From positions 1 to 40,823 of the IMG/VR virus record IMGVR_UViG_3300020042_005535: a stretch of DNA of 40,823 nt; one strand, 5' to 3'. Shown here one piece after another: positions 1-9,579 of the stretch. The position numbers were made by a program, and so were the translations under genes. The first letter of the stretch is position 1. Each line of letters begins with the position of its first letter. The notes beneath the pieces were generated by a model. The model was not told where the DNA came from, made no database searches, and saw nothing but the letters and a program-made list of their open reading frames with translations. Source of the stretch: a virus. Lineage: Duplodnaviria > Caudoviricetes.

Positions 1-9
1 GGAGAAGGG

Positions 10-207
10 ATGATCGACACGACCACCATCCGTGCGCAGATCGATGAACTCGAGCGCCAACAGATCTTCACCGCTCCGCTGGTGAGGGCACTGATCGATG
101 AGATCGACAACGTCCGCACAGAGCGGGACGCACTCTCTGCCTACGTGGTGGCGCAGTCAGACGAGATTGAGCGCTTGCGCAAGATGGTGGTGGCGGCTAG
201 GATCTGA
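10..207 (+). CDS. Small coiled-coil phage protein
   Basis: GGAG RBS at 1-4 before the ATG; ALIDEIDNVR motif resembles the paralogs at 39330-39973. Confidence 0.7.
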   Translation: MIDTTTIRAQIDELERQQIFTAPLVRALIDEIDNVRTERDALSAYVVAQSDEIERLRKMVVAARI

Positions 208-209
208 GC

Positions 210-291
210 GGACTTGGGACTAGGACGGGCCAAGTCTGTTTCTCCTGTTGGTACGTGGCTAGGCTGGTAGGGTTTAGGCTCTACCAGCCTT
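210..291. terminator. Two hairpins between convergent genes (probable terminators)
   Basis: Inverted repeats GACTTGG/CCAAGTC (211-217/230-236, followed by TGTTTCT) and AGGCTGGTAG/CTACCAGCCT (261-270/281-290). Confidence 0.6.
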
Positions 292-882
292 TCACGTCTT
301 GCCCAGGAGCTTGTCGAGGAGAGCTTTGTCCTCCTCCGTCTCCGCACGCACGGCGTGCTCAGTCTCTTGTACGGTGCGGCCATACTCCCGCGGGAACCGG
401 CGCTCGAGCATCCACGCGGCGGCCTTCCAGTCTTGCACGGTGCCGTCGTATGTACCGGCTCCTGTGGCGGCTCCACCGACTACGTCGAGCATGGCGACAG
501 CCGCCTCCGACTCTGCTGCACCGATGGTGCGCCAGGCTTGTATGAACTTAGAGTCGCCGTTCTCTCCCTTCCGCATCCACATGTCGAGAGTGGACGGGGA
601 GATGCCTGCGTGAGCGCACGCAAGGTTCTTGGTAAGGCCAGCAGCCATCGCACGTGCGACCTTGTGGACGATGAGGTCATCGGGTCGCTTGTCGTTTGGT
701 CCATCACGCTTCGGGATGAGCTGCGCTCCGGTCATCACCTCGTGGGCGATGATGGCGGCTTCAGCGATCTCGCCGATGTCCTTGTGCATGACTGCACGGG
801 CCTTCAGACCCTGCGCACGCTTGAACATACGGAACGACTTTCGGGCTTCGACGGACTCCTTCCTGGTGGGCTGGTCCCTCAC
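292..882 (-). CDS. Terminase small subunit-like HTH protein
   Basis: HTH segment ACAHAGISPSTLDMW plus WKAAAWMLERRFPREYG, typical of TerS-like proteins; GTG start at 882 overlaps the upstream stop (GTGA). Confidence 0.65.
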   Translation of the reverse strand: MRDQPTRKESVEARKSFRMFKRAQGLKARAVMHKDIGEIAEAAIIAHEVMTGAQLIPKRDGPNDKRPDDLIVHKVARAMAAGLTKNLACAHAGISPSTLDMWMRKGENGDSKFIQAWRTIGAAESEAAVAMLDVVGGAATGAGTYDGTVQDWKAAAWMLERRFPREYGRTVQETEHAVRAETEEDKALLDKLLGKT

Positions 883-1205
883 TTGTTCTTCTCCGCACGC
901 ACGATGCGGGTGGCCCACGCATACGCGGTGTCTCCCCCCCAGAGCGCCCAGGCGATCGCGCCGGCAGACGGGTACCCATCCGTCCCTGGTCGGAAACCCT
1001 TCCCCTGCTTGTCCACTTCGTGGCGCCGGAAGAAGGAGTACATCCGCTTCACGGTCTGAAGCGGGAAGGACGATCCATTCGCGAGGTCGCGAGCGCGAGC
1101 CACACCTACAGCCGTCCCACCGCGGTTGAACTCCTTACGCCACTCAAGGCCCTTCCTCGCGTTGCTGGCTGCACCGGGAGGCGGCTTGTAGGTCTTCTCG
1201 CTCAT
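879..1205 (-). CDS. Conserved phage protein of unknown function (GGTxVG...TVKRMxSFFxRH...IAWxLWGGD)
   Basis: 108 aa; 4-nt overlaps at both ends; motif-rich sequence I recall from environmental phage head modules. Confidence 0.85.
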   Translation of the reverse strand: MSEKTYKPPPGAASNARKGLEWRKEFNRGGTAVGVARARDLANGSSFPLQTVKRMYSFFRRHEVDKQGKGFRPGTDGYPSAGAIAWALWGGDTAYAWATRIVRAEKNK

Positions 1206-4200
1206 GGGTTCACCTTGTAGTAGTCGATGATGTCCTGGTTGGACATCGTATCCGGCTCAAGGCCACGCTCTGCGAGGTCAGCACGCAGAATGGCGAACGC
1301 ATCTGGGTTGATGTTGTTGGCCTTTGCGTACCGCTTCGCAGACTGAATGGCCCCTGCACGCGCTGCTGGCGCAAGCCTGTCGAGCCGGTTTTGGCCCGCC
1401 TGCTTCGCAGCCTGACGGATGCGCGGGTTTGCGGCGAGCATGTCGAGCGTCGTCTTGATGTCCTGCGAGATGAACTGCTCCTTGGTGAGGAGTCCTTCCT
1501 CAAGAGCGAACGCAGCAGCGATGGATGCATTCACAGTGCCACCACCAGCGAGGCCCGTGTAGAACAGGCTTCGGTCGGCTTCGTATCGACGCTCGTCAAG
1601 CGACCCGGTGTACTCCTGACCGCGCATGAGCTGCTCGGTCTTGATGGCATCGGCGCCCTGCGTGACGGGTGTGCGCTCTGCGGGGAATCCACCTTCACGA
1701 GCGATCCGACCGGTGACGATTCCTTCAGCCGAGCGGTCACGCGACTGCGTGAAGGTGCGTCGGCTCTTCGCCCCAGAGAGTCCCTTGAGCAGGATCTTGT
1801 CGAGGTCGAGCTTGAGCTTCTTGTTTCCGGGGTTCTCGGACAGCTCGGACATGATCTGGTAGAGATCCTCTGCGTCCTTCGTCTCACCAAGAGCAGCAAC
1901 GAGCTGCGGGAGGAAGCCACGAAGGTAGACGGCAGTCTGCGCAGGGATCTGGTAGCCGGGAGACAGGGTCATCTTCGTATCGCCCATGTCGGTGTCGATG
2001 ACTTCGACTCCGATAGGCGCGTTCGTCTTGGCTGCAAGATTGAGGGCATGCATGATGCGACCGGTGATGCCTGTACCAAGCGTAATCGGACGAAGGGTAG
2101 GGCTGTCCTTCTCTGCGTATGACTGCCGAACGATCTCGAAGACCCCCTGCATAAAGGGGTTGTAGCCTTCAGGATTGCCGATGATTTTAACCACAGCGCT
2201 TGTAAGCTGTTCAGCCAGCAGCGGATTGCCCTCAGCGTTCGCGGCTTCCTTCGCACCGGCTGCGATTGCCTCGGACATGGCGAACACGCGGTTGAACGCG
2301 GTCAGATTCGAGTCTTCCGGACCCATGAAGTAGGTGATGGAGTCGGTTTCGAACTTGTTCTTCGGGTTCGCAGCGTCGTTCGCAAGCTGAAGACCGCGCA
2401 GACGGCTGTCTCCGACCACTACCGAGAAGGGAGTACGGTTCGCAGAGAAGTCATCCGGCTCGAAGTAGAGCGGAGGCTTCGGCATGTAGTAGTCCATGAA
2501 CGCTGCAATCGACGGCATGTGTTCATCGGTGAGGGTAAGAGCGCCCAACCGAAGGTCACGAGACGAGATTCCAGCCTGCTTCAAGAGCCGAACCTGCTGT
2601 TCGTAGCGCGGGTAGAGCATCTCAGCGTCGATTTCGGCCTGCGAGCGACCTTCCTTGCGCATCTGCTCCGCACGAGAGGCGTCATCGGCCTGCATGGACT
2701 CGACATCGAAGCCATTCTGGTCGTGGTTCTCAAGGAAGAACGACGAAACCTTGGCAAGCGTCTGCTTTCCACGGGTCCAGCGACCGAATCGGTAGCCAGC
2801 ACGCGCAGCCTCGACCGCACCACGCACGCGATTGCCATCCTTTGTGAGGAGACGACTGACCCGGAGCATGTTGCTCTTTTCGAACGCCCAGAATGGCTGG
2901 AAAACCGCAAACAACAGGTTCTTTTCGATCGGATGCAGGTTCGCGCTGTAGTCCATGAGGGCCGCAACCATGTCATCTGCGCTCTGACGAGCGATAGTGC
3001 GCACTTCAGCCTCACTCAAACGAGCGACTCCACCGGCTTTATTGATGTTGTACTCGGCAAGCGAAAGGAACGCGCCGGCACGCTTACGGTCGGTGAGGAT
3101 CTTACCGATCGCGTCCGTCTGGTCGGTGAAGACCTTCTTGAACAGAGCGTATGCCTTGTTCTCACCGAACGCCTTGTTGAGGTCGCGCACCACTTCTTCA
3201 GCCATGATGGTGTTTCCACCACCAGCCTCAAGGAAGATGCTCCGAAGATCTTTGAACGGGAGCCCATGCGCGCGGCTCACATCATCAGATGCACGAAGCA
3301 GCAGGCTAGCGTCTGTCCCGTAGGCGGCGAGGCCGAGCCAGTTGTTCACCCTAGCGATGCGTTCAGACACCTCTGTTGCAGACGTACCTGCACGGGTTCC
3401 ACTGATTACGTCCGCAAGACCAGAAAGCGTAGACAGAGGAATGCCCACAGGCTTCGCCGCCAAGAGGTTGGTGAGGACAGAGCCGATCATCACCTTCAGC
3501 CCCTGCTTCAAGCCACCGTTCGCAGAGACAGCAAGCTGATCTGCGTCCTGCACGAGGTTGTTGAAGTAGAACTCGGTGCGAGGCGTGAACAGTCCGTAGA
3601 CAGATGCCTTCTTGTACGTATTGCCGAACATGAAGCCAGGACTCGTGAACCATCCAGACGCGCCCTGCTCACCACCGCGAGCCGCGTTGAGCATCGCGCT
3701 TACAGCCTTGTCCATCTCACGCGCAACGGTCTGCGGGATGTACAGATTGCTGGTGCTGTTGATGGCGTCGTCGTAAGCGTTCACCACAGATGCTGCGACG
3801 TCACCCTCGGTCATGCCTTCACGCACCGTAGCCTTCGTGAGCTTCACTGCCTTGAACAGCTCGTTCCTCGACGGCACGTTGTTGATGTCTTTCAACTCGC
3901 TGATGGGCTTACGGGTATCGACCGCGCTGCTGTAGACACCGAGCGCAAGCTCACGACCACGCGCTACCTCACGGGTGGAGACATCACCGCTGCTGAGCCA
4001 CGCGCTGATCGCACGCGCTTCCTCTGCGGTGTAGAACGCGCCGAGTCCGAGCGAGTTGCTGATGGCATGGTTCACGATGCCCTGCGACATCACGGACTGC
4101 GCAAACTGAAGGTCGCCGGTAGCAATAGCGCGAGTCCCCTTAACCTCCGTAGGGGTCAATCCGGAGATGACGGTGGACAACTCATCAAGCGAGTTGATGT

Positions 4201-7200
4201 CGTTCCCGTCGACCTTCATGGTGCTGACGATGGAGCGGAGCTGATCAGCAAGCTCACGGAAGTTACTCTCAAACTTTTCTACGTCATCAACGTAGGCGAA
4301 CGCCATACCGTCCACGACGCGGGAATCGATGATCCCGATCTCCTGCGTCTTGCGCCAGGTGTCGCCGTAGTGCGTATTGTCGAGCAGATCAAACGCAGAG
4401 GTCATCCGGTCGGTAGCGCTGGTGATCCGCTGCGTAGCGACCGCGTCCTGAAGGTCGCGAGCCGCCTCGTCGGACATGCGGGTGATCTGACGGTTGATGT
4501 CGCGCAGGGTCTTCGGTACGGTTCCCTCGACTACCTCACGCGCACCGGACGCGAGAGCACCGATGCCTCGAGCACGTTCAGCGTACTGCTGAAGCCCAGG
4601 CGTCGATGCAGCGATACGCCGGACCTCTTCCTGCACCTGACGCTGAAGCGTGACCTCGCGCTCGGCAGCGAAGGTAACGCCACGACGCTCCTGCATGGCT
4701 CGCTGAGCAGCCGCTACTTCTGCGGTGAGCCCTTCCTTTACTGCCTCTTCGGCAGCAGCGAGACGCTGAGCAAGAGCGCGACGAGGCTCGGCTGCGGCAC
4801 GGTAGGCGTCGTCCGCGAGATCGTCGTACTGTACGAGCGCCTTGACGACGCGATCCTGCACGGCACGAGCATCACGGATGTTCTGGAGCTGCTTCTCTAA
4901 AACCGTTCCACGGTCGATCAGCACCTTGAGCCGCTTTTCGAACGTGACTTCAGGGATGCGCGCCTCTGCCACAATGGCACCAGCCTCACGACGGACCTGG
5001 TCGAGCCGCTCGACGGCGTTGTCGCGGTTGTTCATCGCGGAGTTGATGGCTCGGCTCTTGATCTCGGTGGGACGATCCTCACCCGTGTAGATCGGCGCCT
5101 CGTCAGGCGCAGCACGACCAGCAGCACGCACCTCTTCAACCTGCGGCTTCGGCACCGAACGCTTGAGGAGGTCAGCGAAGCCGTTCGGGTCGTTCATGTG
5201 GTTGGGGCTGATGTCGAAGTCCGTAGCGGTCGGACGCGTCGGTGGAGCCATCGGCTCGGTGACGTGGCGGTTGTACGAAGGGTCGTAGCTGATCTTGCCA
5301 GCGAGTCCGTTCTTGAACGCAGCCTGCTCACGCTGCGCAAGAGCGGCCCACTCTGCATTCGTCATCGGGCGTGCGGTGTCGTAGACACCGATCACCATAC
5401 GTCCTTCCTCTTTCTTGCCTAGTCCAACGGTGATGTCGCCGACCCGGCCACGCTCAGAGAGGATGGCTTCATTAGCAGGAACAAGGACGCTTCGATTCTT
5501 TACGCGAGCCTTCTTCGGACCAGCAGCAGAAACGTACTCAGCAGGCTGAACCACGAGGTAGGTCTTTCCGTTGCGAACCTCGGCACCCGTGACGTAGCCG
5601 ACGAATCGGTCGGACACCGCGCCTTCGTCCGCAAAGCGGGTGGTTCCGTCAGGGAGCACGACGTTCTGACGGAGAGGACCGGCCTGCTCTGCAAGGTTCG
5701 CGTTGCGGACTTCGACCATGTCGTCAAGTCGAGCGACAAGCGGGTTGAACCCTTCTGGTCCAGAGCGGAACGACAGCCAGCGGAAGTAGACGTTCTCGCC
5801 TCGAGCGCGCCGAGTACCTGCCGGCATACCAGCAGCGGTCTTCTCAAGACCATCGTAGAAAGCCTTTGCAACAGGCCCCTTGAAGCTAGGTCCACGTCCC
5901 CAGAAGTCAGTACGCTTCAAGTAGTTCTTGAAGAACGGAAGACCGACACGCTCTGCAAACTCGCGCTTCGCAGTGTCGTGAACAACCATACCCCTGTCGA
6001 GGTAGTCGCGGATAACCTTCGCCCTCTCTGGTGTAGGCGTCCCATCCTTCATTGCTTGAGCGAAGTTCTGCTCAAGTTGAGTCTTGAACGCAGGACCATC
6101 GCCCATGATGTAGCGCTCGACGTTGTCGAGCCCACGATCTTGCGCAAGACCAAACAGATGCTTCGGGTCGCGCACGTTCGTGACAGGCGGGCGCTCCGTC
6201 AGCATGATGTCCGGACGCTCCCACGGCTCATTCGTTACGCCGTAGATACGGTTACGGTCGAGTCCGTACCGCATCTCGACCTGACGACGAGCAGCAGGGT
6301 TGTCGGGAATGCGGGTGCGAAGAGACGTACCCACACCATCAATCTGGTTGGCGACCGAAGCAGCTTCTGCCGAAACAGCGCTAGAGTCGTTCACGATGTT
6401 GACGACGTTTGCAGCGGTCACATCGGATGCAGTAGGAACACCAAACATGGGAGTGAACGCAGGCTTCTCTACAGCCTTGGTGATCGTACCACCAATGGGT
6501 GCAGGCTTGCCGCCAAGCATCTCTGCGTAAGCAGCAGACAGCTCATCTTGGACACGAAGAATCTCGTCTGGGCTTACATTCCGCGCCTTAAGGACGATCA
6601 GGCTGTCCTCAAGAGCCTTGATCCGAGTATTAAGGTCAGGAACAGCAGCAGGAGCCGCTGCTGGTGCAGGCGTACCAGCACGCTCCATTGCAGCCTTCAC
6701 CTGAGCCTTCGGCACCTTCATCGAACGAGCGCGCTGAAGGTCTTGGGTCGCCATCTTGGCGTTCTTGACAGCCTCGTTGACGGCGTCAGTTGCTTCCTTC
6801 AGACGGAGCTTTGCCTCTGCGGACGTGGCGAAGCGGTCAATGATCTTTGTCGCTTCCTTACCGTCCTTCAGAAGTTGATCAACAATCTTCTGCTCGATCT
6901 GCTCAAACCGGTCGAGCTTGTTGTACTGCACTGCGGCATCAGCACGATCAAGGATCTGAAGGATCTCAAGGTTGCTGTACGCAGCAGTCCGCTTGCCTTC
7001 CTTGACGAGGCTCTGGCCTTGCTTCTCGATGATGCGAACGAGTTCGTCGGCAGGCCCAGCACGAAGCGCATTGACCATGTCGTCAACGAACACAGACTCC
7101 ACATTCGTGAGCGACTTCTCTCCCTTCCCGCGCAGGAACTCACGAACAGAACCAGGCTCTGCGACAGCGCGTGCTTCCTTGGGCGTGACCGGAGCACCGA

Positions 7201-9544
7201 ACACATCCGAAACCTCTTGCTGGTCAATGACCTCTGCGGGCCGCACCGGGATGGAAGGCGCAGCAGTACGCTTGCCGAGCATCTTCTGGACGGCTGCGTC
7301 GGATGCAGCCAAGACGCGAGACTGGACATCCGCAGGATCAAGACCACGAAGAGCCTCAAGCTTCGCAGCCTTGTCCTTCGCCTCCTTCAACTCCTTGGCT
7401 GTCCTCGCAGCAGTAGCCTCCTGCTGCTTGAGCAGTAGAGCCTGCTCAGGCGTTGATGGCACGCGCTTCGTCTGCTCGACGGCATCCTTCGCTACGACGA
7501 GGCGCTGCTCTGCCTTCTGCACATCATCAGCAGCACGAGTAGCCGCATCGTCTATCGCCGCGACAATGTCGTCTGCGCTCTTGCTGTTGAGGACTCGAAA
7601 CTCGTTCGACCGCTCTGCTGCCGGCGCTTCATTGACCAGCGCATTCAGCACCCGGTTGAGCGTCTCGTCCTGCTGCACAGCCTGGAGGACTTCGTCACGG
7701 TAGACCTTCGCGAGCGCAGGGTTCACCTGGTTTAGGTGAAGGTCGATGTTTACGGGGAAGGCGCCTTCAACATCAGACACAGTCTTCAGCAGAACGTCGT
7801 TGTCGCGAGTGGTGCGGTAGACCTCACGCGCACGTCGGACGGTATCGACCTGATCTTTAATGAACGTACCGATGTCAGACGCGGCAGGACCACCCGGCTT
7901 TCCGTAGCGAGCGACCGCTACAGCGTCGGCAGAGTCGATGATGAACCGACCAGCGTCGATACCCTTGCCAAGCGCGAGGCCAACAGCAGGCGCGGCAGCA
8001 ATCTCAAGACCGGGGAAGGCTAGTTCGACAGCACCGGCAGAGGCGAGGAGCCCAGCAGCAAGCGACCTGTCGCCAGCATCACCACGCTCAAGCGCGTTGC
8101 GAACCCAGTCGTTCTCCATCACGTCAATGAGCGGAGTCTGACCAGCCTGCACTCGTGCGAAGATGTCCCCTCGAGGACGGGCACCCTCTCCAATAGCACC
8201 ACCACCGATACCACCAGCCTCACCAGGCATCGGAAGTGCAGAGGCGAGTACAGCGATCGGAGCACTGATGTCGCGTAGCACCGTCATCGGTATGCTCTCG
8301 ACGCGCACAGCCTTACCGCTGGTGGTGGCCGCAGCCTGAGGAAGGAAGACGCTCGCCGCTTCCTTCAGCCCCTCAACGGTCCCGCGCTTGAACGCATCGT
8401 TGACGGTACGTGCCGTGACGACGTTCAGGCCCCCACGCACGACCGGGTTTCCAGCGACACGCAGGGACTCAAGCGTCTTGTTGGCCTCTACCTCAAACGC
8501 TGCCTCAGCCGCACGCGCATCAGTAATGTCCTGCTCGTTGGTGCTGTTCAGCTTCAGGTCGTTGCCCGTCTGCTGCATCCGGCCCTTGACGTACCGGGTG
8601 CGGAAGTCAGCAACGAGCCTCGAGTAGCCATCGGCACGCGAGCCGCGGCCGAACTTCTTCGCGTCCTCATCCATCCGCTTGACGAGCGTAGCGGTAAGCT
8701 CGTCCCCGGTGAGCCGCGTATCGAGCGCACGGATGAACTTCTCACGCTTGTCAAAGTCAGCGAGAGCATCCACGTTGAGACGCTCATCCGCAGCCTGAAT
8801 GGCCTCTCCAGCACCAATGGCGAGCGGGCTACCAAGACGGCCAAGGGTAGACAAGCCGCGGCCAAGCGCAGAGACGCCAGCAGCCACGGTGGGGGTGTAC
8901 GCCTCACGGGCCATACCGATCGCCACACCACCAGCACGACGAGCAGCCTCGCGACGAACCTCTTCATCGGTGAGGGTAGCGCCCTGCGCCTTCTTCTCCT
9001 TGATGATCGCAGCCTGTGCGCTGTAGAACTTCTTGAGGAGGTCGCGGGACTCCTTAGCGTAGTCGCCAGAGAGGATGTCCTTGTCGGACACATCGGCGGG
9101 CTTGAACTCAAGCGCAGACGCTGGGATCTTCGCAGCCTCTGCTGCCTTCTCAGCCTTCTGCTCAGCACGCTTCGCCTCGATCATCGGGCGAACCTGCTCC
9201 TCAAGAGCGCTCTCCCTCGTGACGAATCCTGCTGTGGGGAAGATGTCTTCCTGTGGCGCAGCGCGACCCACCAGCGGGATGACGACAGGAGCAGGGACCG
9301 CCGCAACAAGCGCAGGCTTAGGCGCGGGCACACGAGGCTTCTTCGGCTTCGGTGCAGCAACAGGCTTCGGTGCAGCAACAGGCTTAGGTGCCGCAGCGAC
9401 GGGAGCAGGAGCAGGCTTCGGAGCAGGTGCAGGAGCGGCAGCAACAGGGGCTGGCGCAGGAGCAGGAGCCGCCGCAGGAGCAGCCGGGAACATCTGCTCA
9501 AACAGGCGACGGCGCTCTTCAGCAAGCTTCTGGTCGTCAGGCAT
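1202..9544 (-). CDS. Giant internal virion (ejection) protein, 2780 aa
   Basis: Last and largest of three genes after the tail genes; Ala-rich and helical; C-terminal DYxxxLxxxE...PFWxF motif typical of large ejection proteins. Confidence 0.75.
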   Translation of the reverse strand: MPDDQKLAEERRRLFEQMFPAAPAAAPAPAPAPVAAAPAPAPKPAPAPVAAAPKPVAAPKPVAAPKPKKPRVPAPKPALVAAVPAPVVIPLVGRAAPQEDIFPTAGFVTRESALEEQVRPMIEAKRAEQKAEKAAEAAKIPASALEFKPADVSDKDILSGDYAKESRDLLKKFYSAQAAIIKEKKAQGATLTDEEVRREAARRAGGVAIGMAREAYTPTVAAGVSALGRGLSTLGRLGSPLAIGAGEAIQAADERLNVDALADFDKREKFIRALDTRLTGDELTATLVKRMDEDAKKFGRGSRADGYSRLVADFRTRYVKGRMQQTGNDLKLNSTNEQDITDARAAEAAFEVEANKTLESLRVAGNPVVRGGLNVVTARTVNDAFKRGTVEGLKEAASVFLPQAAATTSGKAVRVESIPMTVLRDISAPIAVLASALPMPGEAGGIGGGAIGEGARPRGDIFARVQAGQTPLIDVMENDWVRNALERGDAGDRSLAAGLLASAGAVELAFPGLEIAAAPAVGLALGKGIDAGRFIIDSADAVAVARYGKPGGPAASDIGTFIKDQVDTVRRAREVYRTTRDNDVLLKTVSDVEGAFPVNIDLHLNQVNPALAKVYRDEVLQAVQQDETLNRVLNALVNEAPAAERSNEFRVLNSKSADDIVAAIDDAATRAADDVQKAEQRLVVAKDAVEQTKRVPSTPEQALLLKQQEATAARTAKELKEAKDKAAKLEALRGLDPADVQSRVLAASDAAVQKMLGKRTAAPSIPVRPAEVIDQQEVSDVFGAPVTPKEARAVAEPGSVREFLRGKGEKSLTNVESVFVDDMVNALRAGPADELVRIIEKQGQSLVKEGKRTAAYSNLEILQILDRADAAVQYNKLDRFEQIEQKIVDQLLKDGKEATKIIDRFATSAEAKLRLKEATDAVNEAVKNAKMATQDLQRARSMKVPKAQVKAAMERAGTPAPAAAPAAVPDLNTRIKALEDSLIVLKARNVSPDEILRVQDELSAAYAEMLGGKPAPIGGTITKAVEKPAFTPMFGVPTASDVTAANVVNIVNDSSAVSAEAASVANQIDGVGTSLRTRIPDNPAARRQVEMRYGLDRNRIYGVTNEPWERPDIMLTERPPVTNVRDPKHLFGLAQDRGLDNVERYIMGDGPAFKTQLEQNFAQAMKDGTPTPERAKVIRDYLDRGMVVHDTAKREFAERVGLPFFKNYLKRTDFWGRGPSFKGPVAKAFYDGLEKTAAGMPAGTRRARGENVYFRWLSFRSGPEGFNPLVARLDDMVEVRNANLAEQAGPLRQNVVLPDGTTRFADEGAVSDRFVGYVTGAEVRNGKTYLVVQPAEYVSAAGPKKARVKNRSVLVPANEAILSERGRVGDITVGLGKKEEGRMVIGVYDTARPMTNAEWAALAQREQAAFKNGLAGKISYDPSYNRHVTEPMAPPTRPTATDFDISPNHMNDPNGFADLLKRSVPKPQVEEVRAAGRAAPDEAPIYTGEDRPTEIKSRAINSAMNNRDNAVERLDQVRREAGAIVAEARIPEVTFEKRLKVLIDRGTVLEKQLQNIRDARAVQDRVVKALVQYDDLADDAYRAAAEPRRALAQRLAAAEEAVKEGLTAEVAAAQRAMQERRGVTFAAEREVTLQRQVQEEVRRIAASTPGLQQYAERARGIGALASGAREVVEGTVPKTLRDINRQITRMSDEAARDLQDAVATQRITSATDRMTSAFDLLDNTHYGDTWRKTQEIGIIDSRVVDGMAFAYVDDVEKFESNFRELADQLRSIVSTMKVDGNDINSLDELSTVISGLTPTEVKGTRAIATGDLQFAQSVMSQGIVNHAISNSLGLGAFYTAEEARAISAWLSSGDVSTREVARGRELALGVYSSAVDTRKPISELKDINNVPSRNELFKAVKLTKATVREGMTEGDVAASVVNAYDDAINSTSNLYIPQTVAREMDKAVSAMLNAARGGEQGASGWFTSPGFMFGNTYKKASVYGLFTPRTEFYFNNLVQDADQLAVSANGGLKQGLKVMIGSVLTNLLAAKPVGIPLSTLSGLADVISGTRAGTSATEVSERIARVNNWLGLAAYGTDASLLLRASDDVSRAHGLPFKDLRSIFLEAGGGNTIMAEEVVRDLNKAFGENKAYALFKKVFTDQTDAIGKILTDRKRAGAFLSLAEYNINKAGGVARLSEAEVRTIARQSADDMVAALMDYSANLHPIEKNLLFAVFQPFWAFEKSNMLRVSRLLTKDGNRVRGAVEAARAGYRFGRWTRGKQTLAKVSSFFLENHDQNGFDVESMQADDASRAEQMRKEGRSQAEIDAEMLYPRYEQQVRLLKQAGISSRDLRLGALTLTDEHMPSIAAFMDYYMPKPPLYFEPDDFSANRTPFSVVVGDSRLRGLQLANDAANPKNKFETDSITYFMGPEDSNLTAFNRVFAMSEAIAAGAKEAANAEGNPLLAEQLTSAVVKIIGNPEGYNPFMQGVFEIVRQSYAEKDSPTLRPITLGTGITGRIMHALNLAAKTNAPIGVEVIDTDMGDTKMTLSPGYQIPAQTAVYLRGFLPQLVAALGETKDAEDLYQIMSELSENPGNKKLKLDLDKILLKGLSGAKSRRTFTQSRDRSAEGIVTGRIAREGGFPAERTPVTQGADAIKTEQLMRGQEYTGSLDERRYEADRSLFYTGLAGGGTVNASIAAAFALEEGLLTKEQFISQDIKTTLDMLAANPRIRQAAKQAGQNRLDRLAPAARAGAIQSAKRYAKANNINPDAFAILRADLAERGLEPDTMSNQDIIDYYKVNP
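9345..9398. repeat. 18-bp tandem repeat encoding VAAPKP
   Basis: GGCTTCGGTGCAGCAACA twice exactly, plus one degenerate copy. Confidence 0.85.
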
Positions 9545-9548
9545 GGTT

Positions 9549-9579
9549 CCCTCTCGACGCTAGTTTAACGCCGAGAGGG
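9549..9579 (-). promoter_or_regulatory. Hairpin covering the RBS of the 2780-aa gene
   Basis: Minus strand CCCTCTCGGCGTTA-AAC-TAGCGTCGAGAGGG; the 3' arm holds the GAGAGGG RBS, 4 nt before the ATG. Confidence 0.7.

Noticed and set aside
2519-7438. Long plus-strand ORFs (793 and 486 aa) and many similar antisense ORFs elsewhere
   Set aside because: They are shadows of strongly biased high-GC coding on the opposite strand; no RBS or protein-like motifs.
1202-9544. Virion RNA polymerase or tape measure as the identity of the giant protein
   Set aside because: No DxDGD or T7/N4-type catalytic motifs seen; no tail tube genes; gene order fits a podovirus ejection protein.
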